Assembly (NCBI GenBank): GCA_951406725.2
Contig: OX597838.1
Span: 25,978,001 to 26,042,000 of the forward strand
DNA from: Octopus vulgaris
Taxonomy: Eukaryota
DNA: 64,000 nt
Direction: 5' to 3'
A model generated the notes under the pieces. It ran no database searches, was not told the origin of the DNA, and was given only the letters and a program-made list of their open reading frames with translations. Each line of letters opens with the position of its first letter. The stretch's first letter is position 1. This document shows, one piece after another, positions 14,301 to 28,316 of the stretch. Made by a program: the position numbers and the translations under genes.

Positions 14301-14525
14301 AAAGGGCACCATTTGAGCGTGATCGTTACCAACGTCACCTTACTGGCACCTGTGCTGGTGGCATGTGTAAAAGGATTCGGAGTGGTTGGCATTAGGAAGG
14401 GCATCCAGCTGTAGAAACTCTGCCAAATCAAGATTGGAGACTGGTGCAACCATCTGGTTCACCAGCCCTCAGACAAAATCGTCCAACCCATGCTAGCATG
14501 GAAAGCGGACGTTAAACGATGATGA

Positions 14526-14530
<5 letters not shown>
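14300..14530 (+). mobile_element. Retroposon 3' fragment ending in (GAT)n (copies at ~1645-1830 -, 13640-13840, 22940-23115, 39662-39705)
   Basis: Shared ggcattaggaagggcatccagctgtagaaac...ccatgctagcatggaaagcggacgttaaacgatgatga; inserted in a TA microsatellite. Confidence 0.75.
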
Positions 14531-14579
<49 letters not shown>

Positions 14580-15397
14580 CGTGTGTGTGTGGAATTAGAT
14601 GACAAGGGTAGGTTTACATAAGGACTCCCCTTCAGGATCAGTCTTTATTTTCAGTATTTTACCATAATCTAGCAATGGACAAGTCCCAGGTTCGATGAAT
14701 TTTAGCTGTCCAACTTGCAGCAACTTAATTTTTTTACTAAATCTCTCTTAATCTATTTTGAGAATAATCCAAGATTTAAATGCACAGCTTGCTTGTGAAT
14801 TTTTAATTCATTAAAAAAAAAAAAAAAAAAAAATGGGGGATGGCAAAATGGAAAAATATCTCTCAACCAGAAATGTAAGGATTGAAGTGTTGCAGGGATG
14901 ACTATGGGGTTAGCAAGTTTAATTTACAACCACATGGTTCCAAGTTCAATCCCACTGCACGGCAGCTTGGGTGTGAGTGGCTAGCTATGAAATTGCTTAG
15001 TGCTAACTTCTTGTCATATATACATATATGCATGAACATATGATGTAATACCTATATATAACAATGCATGTAAATACAGAGACATACATGCACATGTATA
15101 TACACAAACCTGTATGTATGTGGAGTATCTTTCACCAAGTTATTATTGACAAAGGATGTAGAGCTTGGTGAGAAAACCACAGAACAGGTTACAATTCACC
15201 ACTTGGGTTCCTGAAAGTAGCTGCCATAAGACAGAGTTGTTCAATGTCAAACAGTGGGAGCACTGAATAACTGACAAGTGTTTCTTTAGCATGCACAGTT
15301 AGGGTTAAATGGCAGAGTTCAGTTGAGAATGGTTTAATTCAGAGAAGGAAAGGCAGTAGTCATGATTCTGTGATCTTTGAGACTTGTGGGAAGAAGT

Positions 15398-15700
15398 AAT
15401 TGAGAACCTGGTCCAATGGCTTGCAAAAGGTACCCCAAGACGGGGAGAGAAACAAGAGGGAGGAAAGATTGGACCCTCAACTGACTGTTTTAGCAGACAC
15501 TACATAGCAACTATCTATTACTCCATTGGCTTCTGGTTCCACATCACCTTGAAGAAGCAATTGACAACTTGGTCCAATGGCTTGCAAAAGGTACCCCAAG
15601 ACGGGGAGAGAAACAAGAGGGAGGAAAGATTGGACCCTCAACTGACTGTTTTAGCAGACACTACATAGCAATTATCTATTACTCCATTGGCTTCTGGTCC
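15398..15700. repeat. Tandem duplication, period 161 bp
   Basis: tggtccaatggcttgcaaaaggtaccccaagacgggg...ccattggcttctggt starts at 15409 and at 15570, near-identical. Confidence 0.95.
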
Positions 15701-15969
15701 CTTCTCTCCCAAAGGGTCATATGACTAACCAACAATGCTATTTATAACACAAGGCATGCCATTTAGCAGTAAACTCTCAGTAACATACTTATATAATCCA
15801 GATTTAAATCCAATTTCAAACCATATAATTTCAAATGCATTGTTCAAACAGGAGAAAAGCAAAATACAATGGCCTTTATTTTTAAAAACTATGTGGGCAT
15901 AGCATGGCCCTTTTTCAAATAGTGGCGAAAGAGTTGTGGACAGCTTTTGAGGAAGACCGAAAAGAACAA

Positions 15970-16009
<40 letters not shown>

Positions 16010-16682
16010 CTCCATTATTTATCATCACACGTAGAAATTTCAGACTTGAATATTCCCAGCTGTTGCTCACTTCAACAAAGCTACCCACAGTTTTTGTTTA
16101 ATAATTAAAAATATATAAATAAGCCACAATTGATTTAAGATCCTGAAATATGGTAGGTAGCTGGGTGCAAAACAAAAAAAATCTCATTTTCCTGTAACAG
16201 GTTGACATGGTACACAAAAGCAGAACCAATAGTTAACTATTGTACCAAGGCAGTGCTACATGTGATGTAGCAAGATGACCATCACTTCATCAAGATGACC
16301 ATCACCAAACCAGCCCTATATGTGATGTGGGAAGTTGACCACTACTGCACTAGACTGGTGCTGCATGTGATATTGCAAAGAGACCATCACTACACTAGGC
16401 AAGTCCACATGAGGTCACAAGTTGACCAGCAATTCACCAAACCAGCCCTACATTATATTAGAATTATATTATTATAGTTAGGTGGCAAGCTGGCAGAATT
16501 ATTAACATTTTGGACAATGTTTAGCGACATTTCTTTTAGTTCTATGGTCAACCTTTCTTTATGTTAACTTTGCCTTTCATCTTGAAGGGGGGGGGTCAAT
16601 AAAATAAGTACCAGTCAAGTACTGGTATCAATAGACTTACTCCCTTAAAATTGCTGGCCTTGTGCCAACATTTGTAATTATG

Positions 16683-16720
<38 letters not shown>

Positions 16721-17025
16721 ATTAGAACTATTATTATTAACGACATTGTTATATTACTGAAAGTTTGGTCTTTTGATTCATTTGCGATCTATTCTTGGCA
16801 TTAAGACTTAATTCCATCTTTTAACTAATAAAAGCAAACAAAAACAAAAAGAAAAATGTTTTGTTTTTCTTTGTCCAACTGTGAAAAATACATTGCAAAT
16901 AAAAGCTGTCAAACCGTCTCAATCGATCATTTGCCGAAGTTAAGTGAAACAGAAAGATGTTGAGAACAACAGCATGAAGGATGGAAGAATGGAGTAAATG
17001 GAAGGAAGAAACCGAGTCAACCTAC

Positions 17026-17043
17026 CTTCCTCAGCCGGCAGTT
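17026..17043 (-). CDS. SERCA: SERCA coding exon 2, 18-nt microexon (E)LPAEE(G)
   Basis: Minus strand reads ttttttctctttccag|AACTGCCGGCTGAGGAAG|gtaggt. Phase 1/phase 1; joins exon 1 and exon 3 in frame to give the conserved YGPNELPAEEGK. Confidence 0.95.
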
Positions 17044-17651
17044 CTGGAAAGAGAAAAAACAAAAAACCAATATTAGAAAACAGTTTGAAGAGACAACAAA
17101 ACAAGACATAAAAATCATATAACAAATCGTATTTGATGGCATAGAAAGATGCAACCCAATTTCTGCAGAGCATAGACAGGATAAAAAAGTCTTTTTCGTG
17201 CATTAAAGCAATGTGATATTTAAAGCAACTTCAGATTTAGGACTCTGCATGATATTTTTTGGAGACATTCTTTTGTTTGGAAAAGAAGTGCGTCTTATAT
17301 ACCATCAAATACAGTGTATACATTTCTATTGTACTACTAACATATCCATACAAAACAGATATTGCGATTAACAAAAGAGAATAAATGATATACACTCATC
17401 CACACAGATTTTTATTATGCGTGCGTGTACGTATGTGTATAAATTCTATAAGATATACAAAAGAGAAAGATTAGTAATCCCTTGACTATCACGAGTGTTA
17501 CGTTACAACCTCACCCCTGCGATAGGTGAAAACATGCGAAATAAAAAAAGTACTGTACTGTACATTTTTAAAAAATTATTTTTATAATTCGTATGTATAT
17601 ATTGTATTATAAATGCAAGACAACACCATGGAGGAACCAACATGAGCTTAA

Positions 17652-17867
17652 CCCTTTTGTTACCAACCCGGCTGAAACCGGCTCTGGCTCTGTAGTACAA
17701 ATGTCATGTTTTCATAAGTTTGAATTAAAATCTTTCATCAAACATTAATCACAATGTTCCTAACACTGGCTTAATGATAACTAAGTTATTTTCCAAAATT
17801 CTTTGTTGCATTTAAAATAATTGAGAGAAAAACAGAGCATCTCAAAATAAATACAGTAACGAAAGGG
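17652..17867. mobile_element. piggyBac-type MITE (second family)
   Basis: TTAA|CCCttttgttac ... gtaacgaaaGGG|TTAA. Confidence 0.82.
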
Positions 17868-19149
17868 TTAAATAATAAACCGCGATATGGCGGGGGATTA
17901 CTACAGTTGGTAATGCAATTTTGTTAGGTTTGTTTTTCCAAACATTAACAATTGTTGCTGAAGTAGTTTTTTTTTTTTTTTTAGGATTGGATGCTCTTCC
18001 TGTTGCCAACCCTCGCCTGCATGTAAGGTAATATTTCCCTTTGTCCTTCAGTGAATAGCTAAATAGTTGGACATGCTTTTGTAAAATAAATGACACTTTT
18101 TTTAGGATGGCAACTTGTTTACAATTAGCGTGTAAATGCCAAGACAAGGCAACAGAGACATACACAAGCATAGACACACACACACACACACAACAGGCTT
18201 CTTCCAGTAACCATCTACCAAATTTTATTCACAAGACACTGGCAACCTGTGGCCTGCATTGGAAGGCACTGGCCAACAGTATCCATGCAGTTAAAAAGAA
18301 CTCTAAACTGTAAGGTTCTGAAGGGACCTTTTTAATCACACAGCCAAGAGGGGAGAGACAGAGATATCCTCCATAACTCAACAAGGATCATTTTTGTAGT
18401 TAACTTTCAACACCAGAGGCACTCCACTCATCTGATATTTACATCATGCTTTAGTTATCCTACACAGTATACACAAAGTTTTATCTAGTTTTATATCCAT
18501 GGAATAGATTGGACAGGTGTGCTTATCTGAACAGATCAAGAGAGACCTCATCGCACACTTCATCTTAGCTTTAGTTTCTATGGCTGGTTGCCCTTCCTAA
18601 CATTAACCACTTTACTGCATGTACTGTATGTATTTTTCATGGCACCAGCACTAGATAGGTAGCCAGGTCCTTGTCACAACTGAAAGGACCTCATGAACCT
18701 CATGTCTTTGCTAGCTCATCTGCCTCTTTGCAAACTGAATGGAGGCAAGGATGAACAATGCCTAAGAAACTTGTTTTGCAATTATAGAAGGTCCAAGTTC
18801 ATCCCACTGCATGGTACCTTGCATAAGTATCTCGTACTATGACCTCAGGTCTACCCAAGTAAAACTGGCTGGACAAAAACTGTTTAAAGGTCCATTGGAT
18901 GAACTGTGCTTGCAATTTGAAGGGTTGGCTTTGCACCCCAACACCCACAAGCTTCTTTAAGTTTTCATCTACCAAATACTGACCTCAAAATTACATAATT
19001 CAGAAATGAACTTAACCAAACAATCATGCCTGTGTTCACACACACACACACACACATTACTGCAAATATTCAATGTCAGTTTCATTTATTTAAGTTCTGA
19101 GTATGAATTAGCAATGAAAACCAAATTAAAGCTAAGACCAATTATCAGA

Positions 19150-20620
19150 TTTAAAAGTTGTTATAAAAATATATCACCATCATTGTATTAGCAGTGAAAA
19201 TGGCAATGAAAGTGGCACTTGACCTTTCACACCAGCATTGTCAGAAATTGAAGCCCATGTGCTTAAGCAGAAGTATGCCTAAAACATTTGATGGGCTCAA
19301 AAGTAGAGATGTGATGTAGTAACACATCTACAATTACATCTTTGATGGACCATGACAAGATACAAATTAACCAATTCCAATAGCCAATATAAGTATTATA
19401 CTTAATGCATACACAATGTTGATAGGCCTGTTACTGAGGTATATGTTCTGAGATAACATCTGTTATGAATGTGCTGTGTTAAAAATGAATATCAGAAGGG
19501 AATGAAAATTCATCCCAGCAGTGATGAGTGGAAGCATTAGATACTCTTGTCTTTTTGTGCCTTTTCAATGGTGTATACTTGGCGCCAGTCTGAGACAAAT
19601 TCTTGTCTCCCTCTAATATTGCTTTAAATGCACGATGTCCATAATAGGGGTTATCCCAGAACAAATGCTGCAATAACTGGTATGTATACAGTGTGTGTAC
19701 ATTGAGTATGGTACATAGATGGCTACTTTAAATTTCATACTGGCTCAGTTGTGTATACCAATTCCAGACAGGTGTGAGGTTTTTACAGCAGCGACTTTGT
19801 CGCACTGTTTGTAAGTAGTGGTAGCCCAGAGATTGTGGACTTTAGTGCTGACCTCAAAAGACTACAGAGACTCTTGGCAGAAAAGGTAGAATGTTGTGAA
19901 AAGCCAATAACAGCTGCAGAAAAATTATCAGCAGTGAGGAAGGGGTTATGCAAGGGATAAATTGCCTGGTTTGGATGTTCTACTCCACGAGATTTACAGA
20001 CACGTTCCAAATTTGTTTGCTCCTCTTTTGACAAATATCTATTACAACTGGTAACAGACTATGGTGGTCAGCCTCACCCAGAAACAGGCTGAGAGGAAGC
20101 TAACCCTGAATGGCCAGCTGAGGTGGCAAGTGTAAACATTGCGGTCATCACTGCTACCTGACATTACTCCAGTTTTATGATAATTAAGCTGAAGCATCAT
20201 CAGTTCTTTGGCATCTTGTAGAAGGTTCACATTCAACTAATCAGAAGATGCATCTGCTGGTGACACTCTGCACAGCGGGTGTTGGTATGCTGCAGCTGAT
20301 AGTGTGCAGACATGAGCCGAGTCTGCAAAGATTGATAGAGAGTGAGAAAACGTTGCTATCTGTCAGATGCAGTTACCCCACAACTCATCTCTTTGACAAG
20401 GCTACAGACTAGGGTTAGATGAAGACCAATATTGGGCACCTGGCATTAGGAATGTTGTGAGGTGCAATTCTCTAGTTTCATCGCTGTCAAATTGGTCAAT
20501 ACAAGTATCAGTCATATGTTTTGGTCAGTTCATATCAACCATCTCTGCATATTACTAACTTGATATTAAATGGCAAACATCAGTCATAGGATATTTCATT
20601 TTCATAGAACTGATTGATCA
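19150..20620 (+). pseudogene. Possible very old hAT transposase relic
   Basis: With frameshifts, fragments SENG..MKVA, H.LQL.IFDG, NAYTML..LL, PSSDEWK.LDTL..PF and QSETNSCLPLIL occur in the order of hAT/ZBED motifs. Reading is subjective. Confidence 0.3.
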
Positions 20621-21783
20621 AATCCTGGGTCATTTATAACACACCTTTTATATATGGTCCCTAGACTTGCTCAAAACAGCCAGTCAAATCCAACCATAAA
20701 TATAAAAGGTGGTCACAGGGGCTTTGTTTCATGAGGATAAGGTTTAATTTGGCTAAACAACAATGAGCTTACAAGGTACAGTGTAAGTAACTGAAAAGCA
20801 ACAAAATGGGGCCACAACAGATGACATGCATACAATGATGAAACCACTCAGCTCAATAATAGGGTGCTCAGTATTGATGGAAATTTATATCACCAATTTC
20901 TTGGTTGCCTGTAATTTTTCTCAAGAAGGGGGTGTGCTGTGATATTAGGGGGGTTCATTCAACACACTGTAACCCTACTCTTTATAAATGGAATTTGTGA
21001 TAATTAGGTGTTCATTTAATTAGCTATACACCCCCACCTAGTACAAATGGACCATATGACATTTGCAGCAATGCTAGGCCATTGGTGAATAGAAATTCTA
21101 GGTTCAATTTTCTGGGGATGGACGTTTCAAAATGATTACCTCCCTAATTGCCCTTGAGAAAAGCATAACTGCCATTTATTCACTCATTCTTTACATACTC
21201 ATGTCCCAGCATGGCCACAGTCCAAGGACTGAAATGGGATACTTCTCCAATGACAAAAACTATAGGACTTCATACATTATACAGCATTCACATTCATCCC
21301 TTGTTTCAGTTGAAATCCTTCAAGATTAATGTTGCCCTTCCCAAGGTTCAAAGATCCCAACTTGACTACAACTCTCCCCTTACAATAAAAAAAACCCCCT
21401 AATTTAACAAATATTTTTTCTGCTATGGTGTAGCAACAATAACTATTGCCAGGATAATAGTCTCTCTGTGATCACTCAACCTGCAACAAATAGCAGCCAA
21501 ATTGCCCTCAAATCACACCCTGCCGTCTTATACATTGAGCAATATACAATGTGGTAAGTTCCCTTGGTATAAGAACAAGAAATAGGCTGGTCATGGCTTG
21601 AATGCATTTGGGAATCAATCTACTTGACCAGAACTGGTGACTGGGGCAATCTCTGCAGGACAGGAAATAATATACCTAATAAGCTGAGTAATGCAATTAA
21701 GTTTCAAATCCTAAACAAAAGAAAAATAATTATGACATTACAATCTTATTTCCCATAAAACCAGAAGTGTATGTGTATATATA

Positions 21784-21819
<36 letters not shown>

Positions 21820-22201
21820 TGTATATATGTATGTATATATGTGTGTATGGCCTTGAGCCAAAGTTTAAACATTATCAAGTATCATCCAGGGGAAAGGTAT
21901 GTTATAGGATCTCACACTACCTCTCCCACGCTGAATATGTGCTGCCATTCATTAGGAGCGAGAGAACTGAAGTCAAAACATCATTACCACAATAATGAAT
22001 GCCGCTAGATTGCCATGGCAATATAGTACATAAACACTGCTCTAATTAGGACAAAAACGCAGAAGATTACGTCTAATTACTGTTTATTAGTTAAAAATAA
22101 AACCATTAGTCATTCATTATATATATATATATATATATATATATAAGAGAAAGAGAGAGCCAACATCAGTTTTCAGGTTATTACTTTGGTTGCTGTGGGT
22201 C

Positions 22202-22250
<49 letters not shown>

Positions 22251-25200
22251 GTAGGTGTGTATATTTGTTATTAGTACCATTAATTTAGTTCAAACTAAAT
22301 TAATGCCACATTGGTAAGTAAAGTTGCAAACTCACTGATTGTAATTGTTATGGTTTTCTTTGGCAGAATTACTAGATTGCCGGACAAAATGCCTAGCAGT
22401 ATTTGCTCCACTTCCTTACATTCTGAGATCAAATCCTACAGGGATCAAACTTTACCTTTCGTCCCTCTTAAGCTGATAAAAGAGTACCAGTCAAATATCG
22501 GGGGGCCAAGTAATTGATCTTGGTCTTGTGTTTAAATTTGAAACTATTATATTTTCATCCTTTTGGGGGTCAATAAAATAAGGCACCAGTCAAATACTGG
22601 CAACAATGACACTGACCGACTCACTTCCCAAAATTGCAGGCCTTGAGCTCAAATTGGAAACTACTTTTTTGGAGCTTCCCTTTGGAGAGACAAAATGTGT
22701 GATGTGTGCACGAATGTATATAAAGTGTAGGGGGAAGTGTGTGTGCGTGTGTACATTCTATGAGAGTCATTGTTTTAACCCTAGTCAATCAATCCAACAG
22801 ACCTGTGGTGAAAGGTGTTCTAGTCCAGTTACTCCATGATCAGCCAGTCTTTTTTTTATATCTTGTACATCAAGGATTTCATTTACTAATTTTTCCTTTT
22901 TTTTCTTTTGTCTTGCAGCATACATGGTAGCCAGAAATGCTGATAGTATTTAAACTAGCAACCAGTACACCATGGAAAGTGATTGGTATTAGGAAGGGCA
23001 TCCAGCTGTAGAAACCATGCCAAAAATGACATTGGAGTTTAGCACAGCTGAGACTTGCTAGATCCTGCCAAATTGTCCAATCCATGCCAACATGGAAAAT
23101 GGACATTTCTGATGATCTGAAAATTTAGCTTCTCTCTCTAACAGACTGGGCAATCACAGGGGATCCCTCAGTTTGAGCAGTGTGAGATGTTGGAAAGAAA
23201 GAACAGGAATGACATTAAATGCGTTAAAATAATCCAATGATTAAAGTAGGGCTCTACAAAATTTACGAAACACCATCACAACAAACACCTCAACCACAAT
23301 ACTAAGCTTTTGAAAAACAAGGAGAGCAGGGGTGAAGTGAGATTTAGAACAAGTATTTATTAGACAGAGGAGTAGTAGTAGCCCTTATTCCCTTATTGAA
23401 TTTTGTGCTCCATATTGTTGGGGGCTAAATGTAGCTGATCTTTGGTTTGGCTTTATGCTGGACATGCAGAGGTAGAAAGATTTTCAACCTTGCAGAAGAA
23501 GAATGGTTGGACACAAATGTTTTAACATGGGGTATGGAGCTTAAGGAAATAACAGATGCACCCCAATTTCTGCAACACATATTCAGGAAAAGATTTTAAT
23601 GCATTAAAGCTTATTGGGGTGGGGGTCTAACTTTGCAACTTTGCATATAGGATCCAGGGTGTTTTTTTTTTTGAGACTGTGCATTGGAAAATAAAAGTGC
23701 ATTTTATATGCCATCAAATACAGTCTAAGAAGAGAGTTGGGTGAAGAGGGAAGAGATGGTAAATAGGTAAATAGATAAGTTCACTCTCATAAGTGAAAGT
23801 CATTGTAGTAGTACAAGACGCAGAGAGAATTTGAACAAGACTTCTTCAAGGAAACAGTTAATCTATGACTAAGCATATAAGTAAAAGTCTTTGTCATCAA
23901 TCAAATGACCTTTTTGTTTATGTGGCCTAGGGTGTATGAGTATAGCAACTGGTCCATATATGTAAAAAAAATGGGGGGAGGGGCTTTCTGGCACAAGAAA
24001 GTGAATAATATTTTATTCAATGGCATTGACTTTCCCATGTCCGAGTCCATTTAGCTGTCAGTTGGTCCAACAGGATTGGGTATAAATTCACAATTAGAAG
24101 CAATGCAAACTGTAAAATTGTTTCAGCAATTGTTAGCTTGCAGGGCTTGAGTTAAATACACACACACATGGGAGAAGTTACCTGGGTGGTGTTAACCAAG
24201 GGTAGATTTGTCTGGGTCATTTCCCACTTTGAAAAGTAGATAGAAGCTTTGGCCAAAAGGCTTGGTGGTTTGTGGATTTGATTTGGTAACAGGAATAGTT
24301 ATTTTGACAGGAGAAACTAACAACAACATTTCCCCCACCATTCTATACAAGCAATCACAGATGTGGACACACACAAAACAGTCTTTCAGTTCCTGTCTAT
24401 CAAATCCACTCACAAAGCTTTAGTTGGCCTGGGGCTCATAGTAAAAGACACCTGCCCAAGGTGACATGCAGGGAGACTGAACCTGAAGTCACATAGGGAA
24501 CCATGCTTGATCACTACCTTATTTTATCAACCTCAGAAGGTTGCAAGGCAAAGTTCGACAGAGCAGGATTTAAACTAAAAATGTAAAAAGACGTAACCCA
24601 TAACCATGAGGTATTCAGTGATGTTCTACTGATTCTCTGTAATCTAGGGCGAAAGACTTAATCTGCCATCCATTAATATCATCATGTGCTCTCAGTGAAC
24701 TCACATCATGTGCTCACAGTTGACTCCAGTTGAAAGCAAAGCATTCAGGTCAGCTCCTTGGACTGAGGATAATCCCTTCCCTCTCACCAACCCCACAAGC
24801 TCAGTAAATAATTAGGGATACTGCACTTCTCTGCTGAGAGCTTTAAAAAAAAAAAAAAACCACCCAGCCCACACACATCCTTTTGTTGGGATATTTATAT
24901 TGAAAATATACCTTTCTCTGGTATATTTGCATTAAGTTTGATACACAGATAGCTACTTTAAACTAATAGGGCTTCTGTTGCACATAACCCAGAGCAGGGA
25001 GGGGTTACATGTATACACACATTTGAATAGTTAAATGTAATAAGTAACCCTCTCCTCACTTCAGTCCCCGAAGATTTACATTGTTTAGCAAAAAAAATGA
25101 AAATAAAGAATGAAAAGTTTGTACAAGGGCAAAAGGGGACTGCTACACTGCTGTTCCAACTAGATATTGAAACTAGGTCAATACTCTACCTTCAAACAGA

Positions 25201-28200
25201 CAACTGACAACCATGTCTTATATAGCACTTGTTATACAACTCAACTACATAATGGGGGTGGGGGGAATGGTGACAGCTTCAGAGAGAGATGGGGGGAAGG
25301 TGACGGCTGACTCTAATCCTCTTTCCTCCTGTTCGGGTTGTAATTGTTGAAGAGTCTGAGTAGGGTGGCAGAGGAAAGACAGAGCAATAGCCCTGATATG
25401 TAACAATTAGCAGGCACCAATTAGACAAGGGATTCTGCCTGAACCACTTTTTGCCTATGGATTTCTGCGATTTCTATTTGACGCTACTGTACTTTCATAA
25501 AAATTCCTATTATATTTTTATAATTGAATATAATTAGGAACTGCATTAAAAAAAAAATTTTAATATTTCGTGTACTGTAGAACCAATTTATTGCGTATGA
25601 TTTTTAACAAAATTTTACATGGACCCTACCCACCAAGGGCCATATGGATTTCTAGTTGAGAATCACTCAATTGTTGCTGATGTGTTTTTGTTTTGTTTAA
25701 TTTTTGTTTCCAAATCTGTATTACAAATAATTTCAACCCAGCCCCTTCGCGAAACTTCCCCTAAGGGAAACAAAGAGAAAAAAAATTATTTCAAGGTACT
25801 GCCTCTAAGAGAGGTTTGAGGAATGGGAATACTAGGCCTTCTGTTGGTATATCTATTTTGTCGATCTCAAAGATGAACAGCAAAGTCGATCTTCATCTTC
25901 AGAACGCATTACGTAAAAAGGAAAGTAAATAAAGCAAAGCTTTTCGCCTGGCACGCTGCCATCGATTCTGCGATTGAGTCTGCTGATAAATAATCGGAAT
26001 TTCAAAATAATTTCAAACATGTACCCAAACTCACAAGGTTAAAAAATTTACGAGAGTCGACTAACAAGACAGAAAAAAAAAAAAAAAACTTGAACGACAC
26101 TCGACTTTATTGACCTTAGAATGGACAACAGGGTCTTTCAGCTTTACAGGGTTGACAAAATAGGGTATTGATTCTAAAAAAGGCAATGTTGGTCCTCAGC
26201 AAGATTCCATAAAATCGAGTCTGTTAAGTAGCGTAAATACCGCCACATCACTCTTTTAATAATCGATTTTTAACATCATAAGCACAAGGCCTCGAATATT
26301 GGGGAAGCATAAATCAAATGATATCATTTACAGTATTTAGCCGATATTTTATCGACCTTTGTGGTTTTTTAAATAATAACTTAAAAGCATTTTAATCCAA
26401 TGCTCTACCGCCTCTGCTACAGGAATCAAAGAGGAACGAATTTATTTTCTAACATTCTTCCCTTTTAAAATGTTTCCCTAAATTTTATAGACTGTAAGGG
26501 CGGTGTGGGGGGTTGAATGAACAACAATTGAACTGTCGCAATTTAAAAGACCAGGACCAAAATGATGTAACCGAATGGAAATTCACTGGTATATTTTGTG
26601 ACCAATTCAATGGAAAGTAGAGATTGATTACTAATAAGGTTGTTATTACGTAAGCGAACTTTAGGTGTGGTATTTTTTTTTTTTTTCCTTAGGAGTGTTA
26701 CACACACAGTTCCTGTTGTACCCAAGTTAACCTCACTGACAGAAATCCAAAGGAATTACACCCGTGAAACGTCATGACTTTCCATTTTACTTCCGGGCCG
26801 TAGTGTGTGATTTGAGGGAGATTTGGGTACTGTTTCTAGCTGGTTGCGCGTCTACCACACGCCTTCACGGCGGAGATAGTACTGTAAACAAACGAACAGA
26901 AAGTCTAGTGTCACACGCTAGTAGTACTAAATAAGGCATGCGTTTTATCTAGGGCAGTGGCGCTCGAAACCACATTTTCATTTCTAAGTCATATGATTCA
27001 CAACAGCATTCTAAAGTATAATCGGTTAGATAGAACCCTGCACATTTATATATATATATATATATACTGACGCGTGTGGGTGTGTTGGTAATCCTCAAAT
27101 TATTTGTGCCTTCGGACAATTTATTTCCGTTTTGTCCTAGTGTTCCTTCTACACGTGGCAGCATTATAGCCGTTAATTTTTAAATATTTTTTTAAATGAA
27201 GAAACCCGAACACAACTGACATCACAATATTTAGATTCTAATCACGCTGTTGCTGTTTAGCCCCAGGACAGCTCTGACCCAACTGAGCCACGATCAAAGA
27301 CGATCCAACCGTGACCGTAGACTAAATTTAAGACCACATTATCCAATGTATTACATTTTTTTTTTAAATGAGAATGTGAATAAGTTTTGTTATACGTGGG
27401 CTAGGGATAATACCTTAATCGCATATCTATCTATCTATATCATATCCCTTCAAGCGAAAGGGTTCGAGAATTAGAACAATTAATTGTTCGATAATCACGG
27501 CTACTATATAACCCATCATCACTATCGTCATAGCCATTACATCTCTCTCTACAAGTATCGCCCTGGTAGCTTCCTGCTGACGGAGACGGAGTGGCGATGA
27601 ATTATCATCCCCTTTCGAAGAAGATAACATAAGAAGCGATGTTTGTTTATGAAGCAGTCGAGATATCGTAGAATGTACGGACGGAATAGACAAGGGTAGA
27701 ATAGAGGGAAAGAGGTTAGTGGTTACAGGGTGATAGATAGTGAAGTCTCCATTGAATGCACTCGAAATAGGTCACACTTAAGAGACCAAGAATTAATATA
27801 AGCTTAACGTAGATTCGGAGGTGTGGCATAATCCCTTTTTTCCTTTGTATTGTACATATAACGAGTTAGCAGAGAGGATGTTATAAGGTTTCTTCTCGAC
27901 TTAGTAAAGGCAGCTAAACCTTCAAATTACACCTTGAACAATGGTAGTTCTGAGATGATTGTGTGTGTGAAGTATAAAACAAAAACACGGTACGGTGATG
28001 ATCGATCAGGACTGAAAGAGAATCTATAAAACCAGACATGCGTGTTAATGTATGAATTTAGCTGTAAGCTCTTAGGAGACGATCAGAGTCTAGTTTACAA
28101 TCACATGTTCGATAACCGATCGAGGACGTTATCGATTGCAAGAGAAAAGTGTAAATGAAATACGCCAGCTGATTTACACCCTTTACAAAGTACTTAAAAA

Positions 28201-28272
28201 AACAAAAGGTCCCGATTCAATAATACATTAAGGGTTTGCATGAAATGCTTATATACACAATTACACACACAC

Positions 28273-28316
<44 letters not shown>

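Larger units (their letters stand above)
9642..17025 (-). other. SERCA: SERCA intron 2 (7,384 nt, GT-AG)
   Basis: Defined by the exon 2 donor and exon 3 acceptor. Confidence 0.92.

Noticed and set aside
16200-16460. CRISPR-like array
   Set aside because: Eukaryotic context, degenerate contiguous units, no unique spacers or cas genes.
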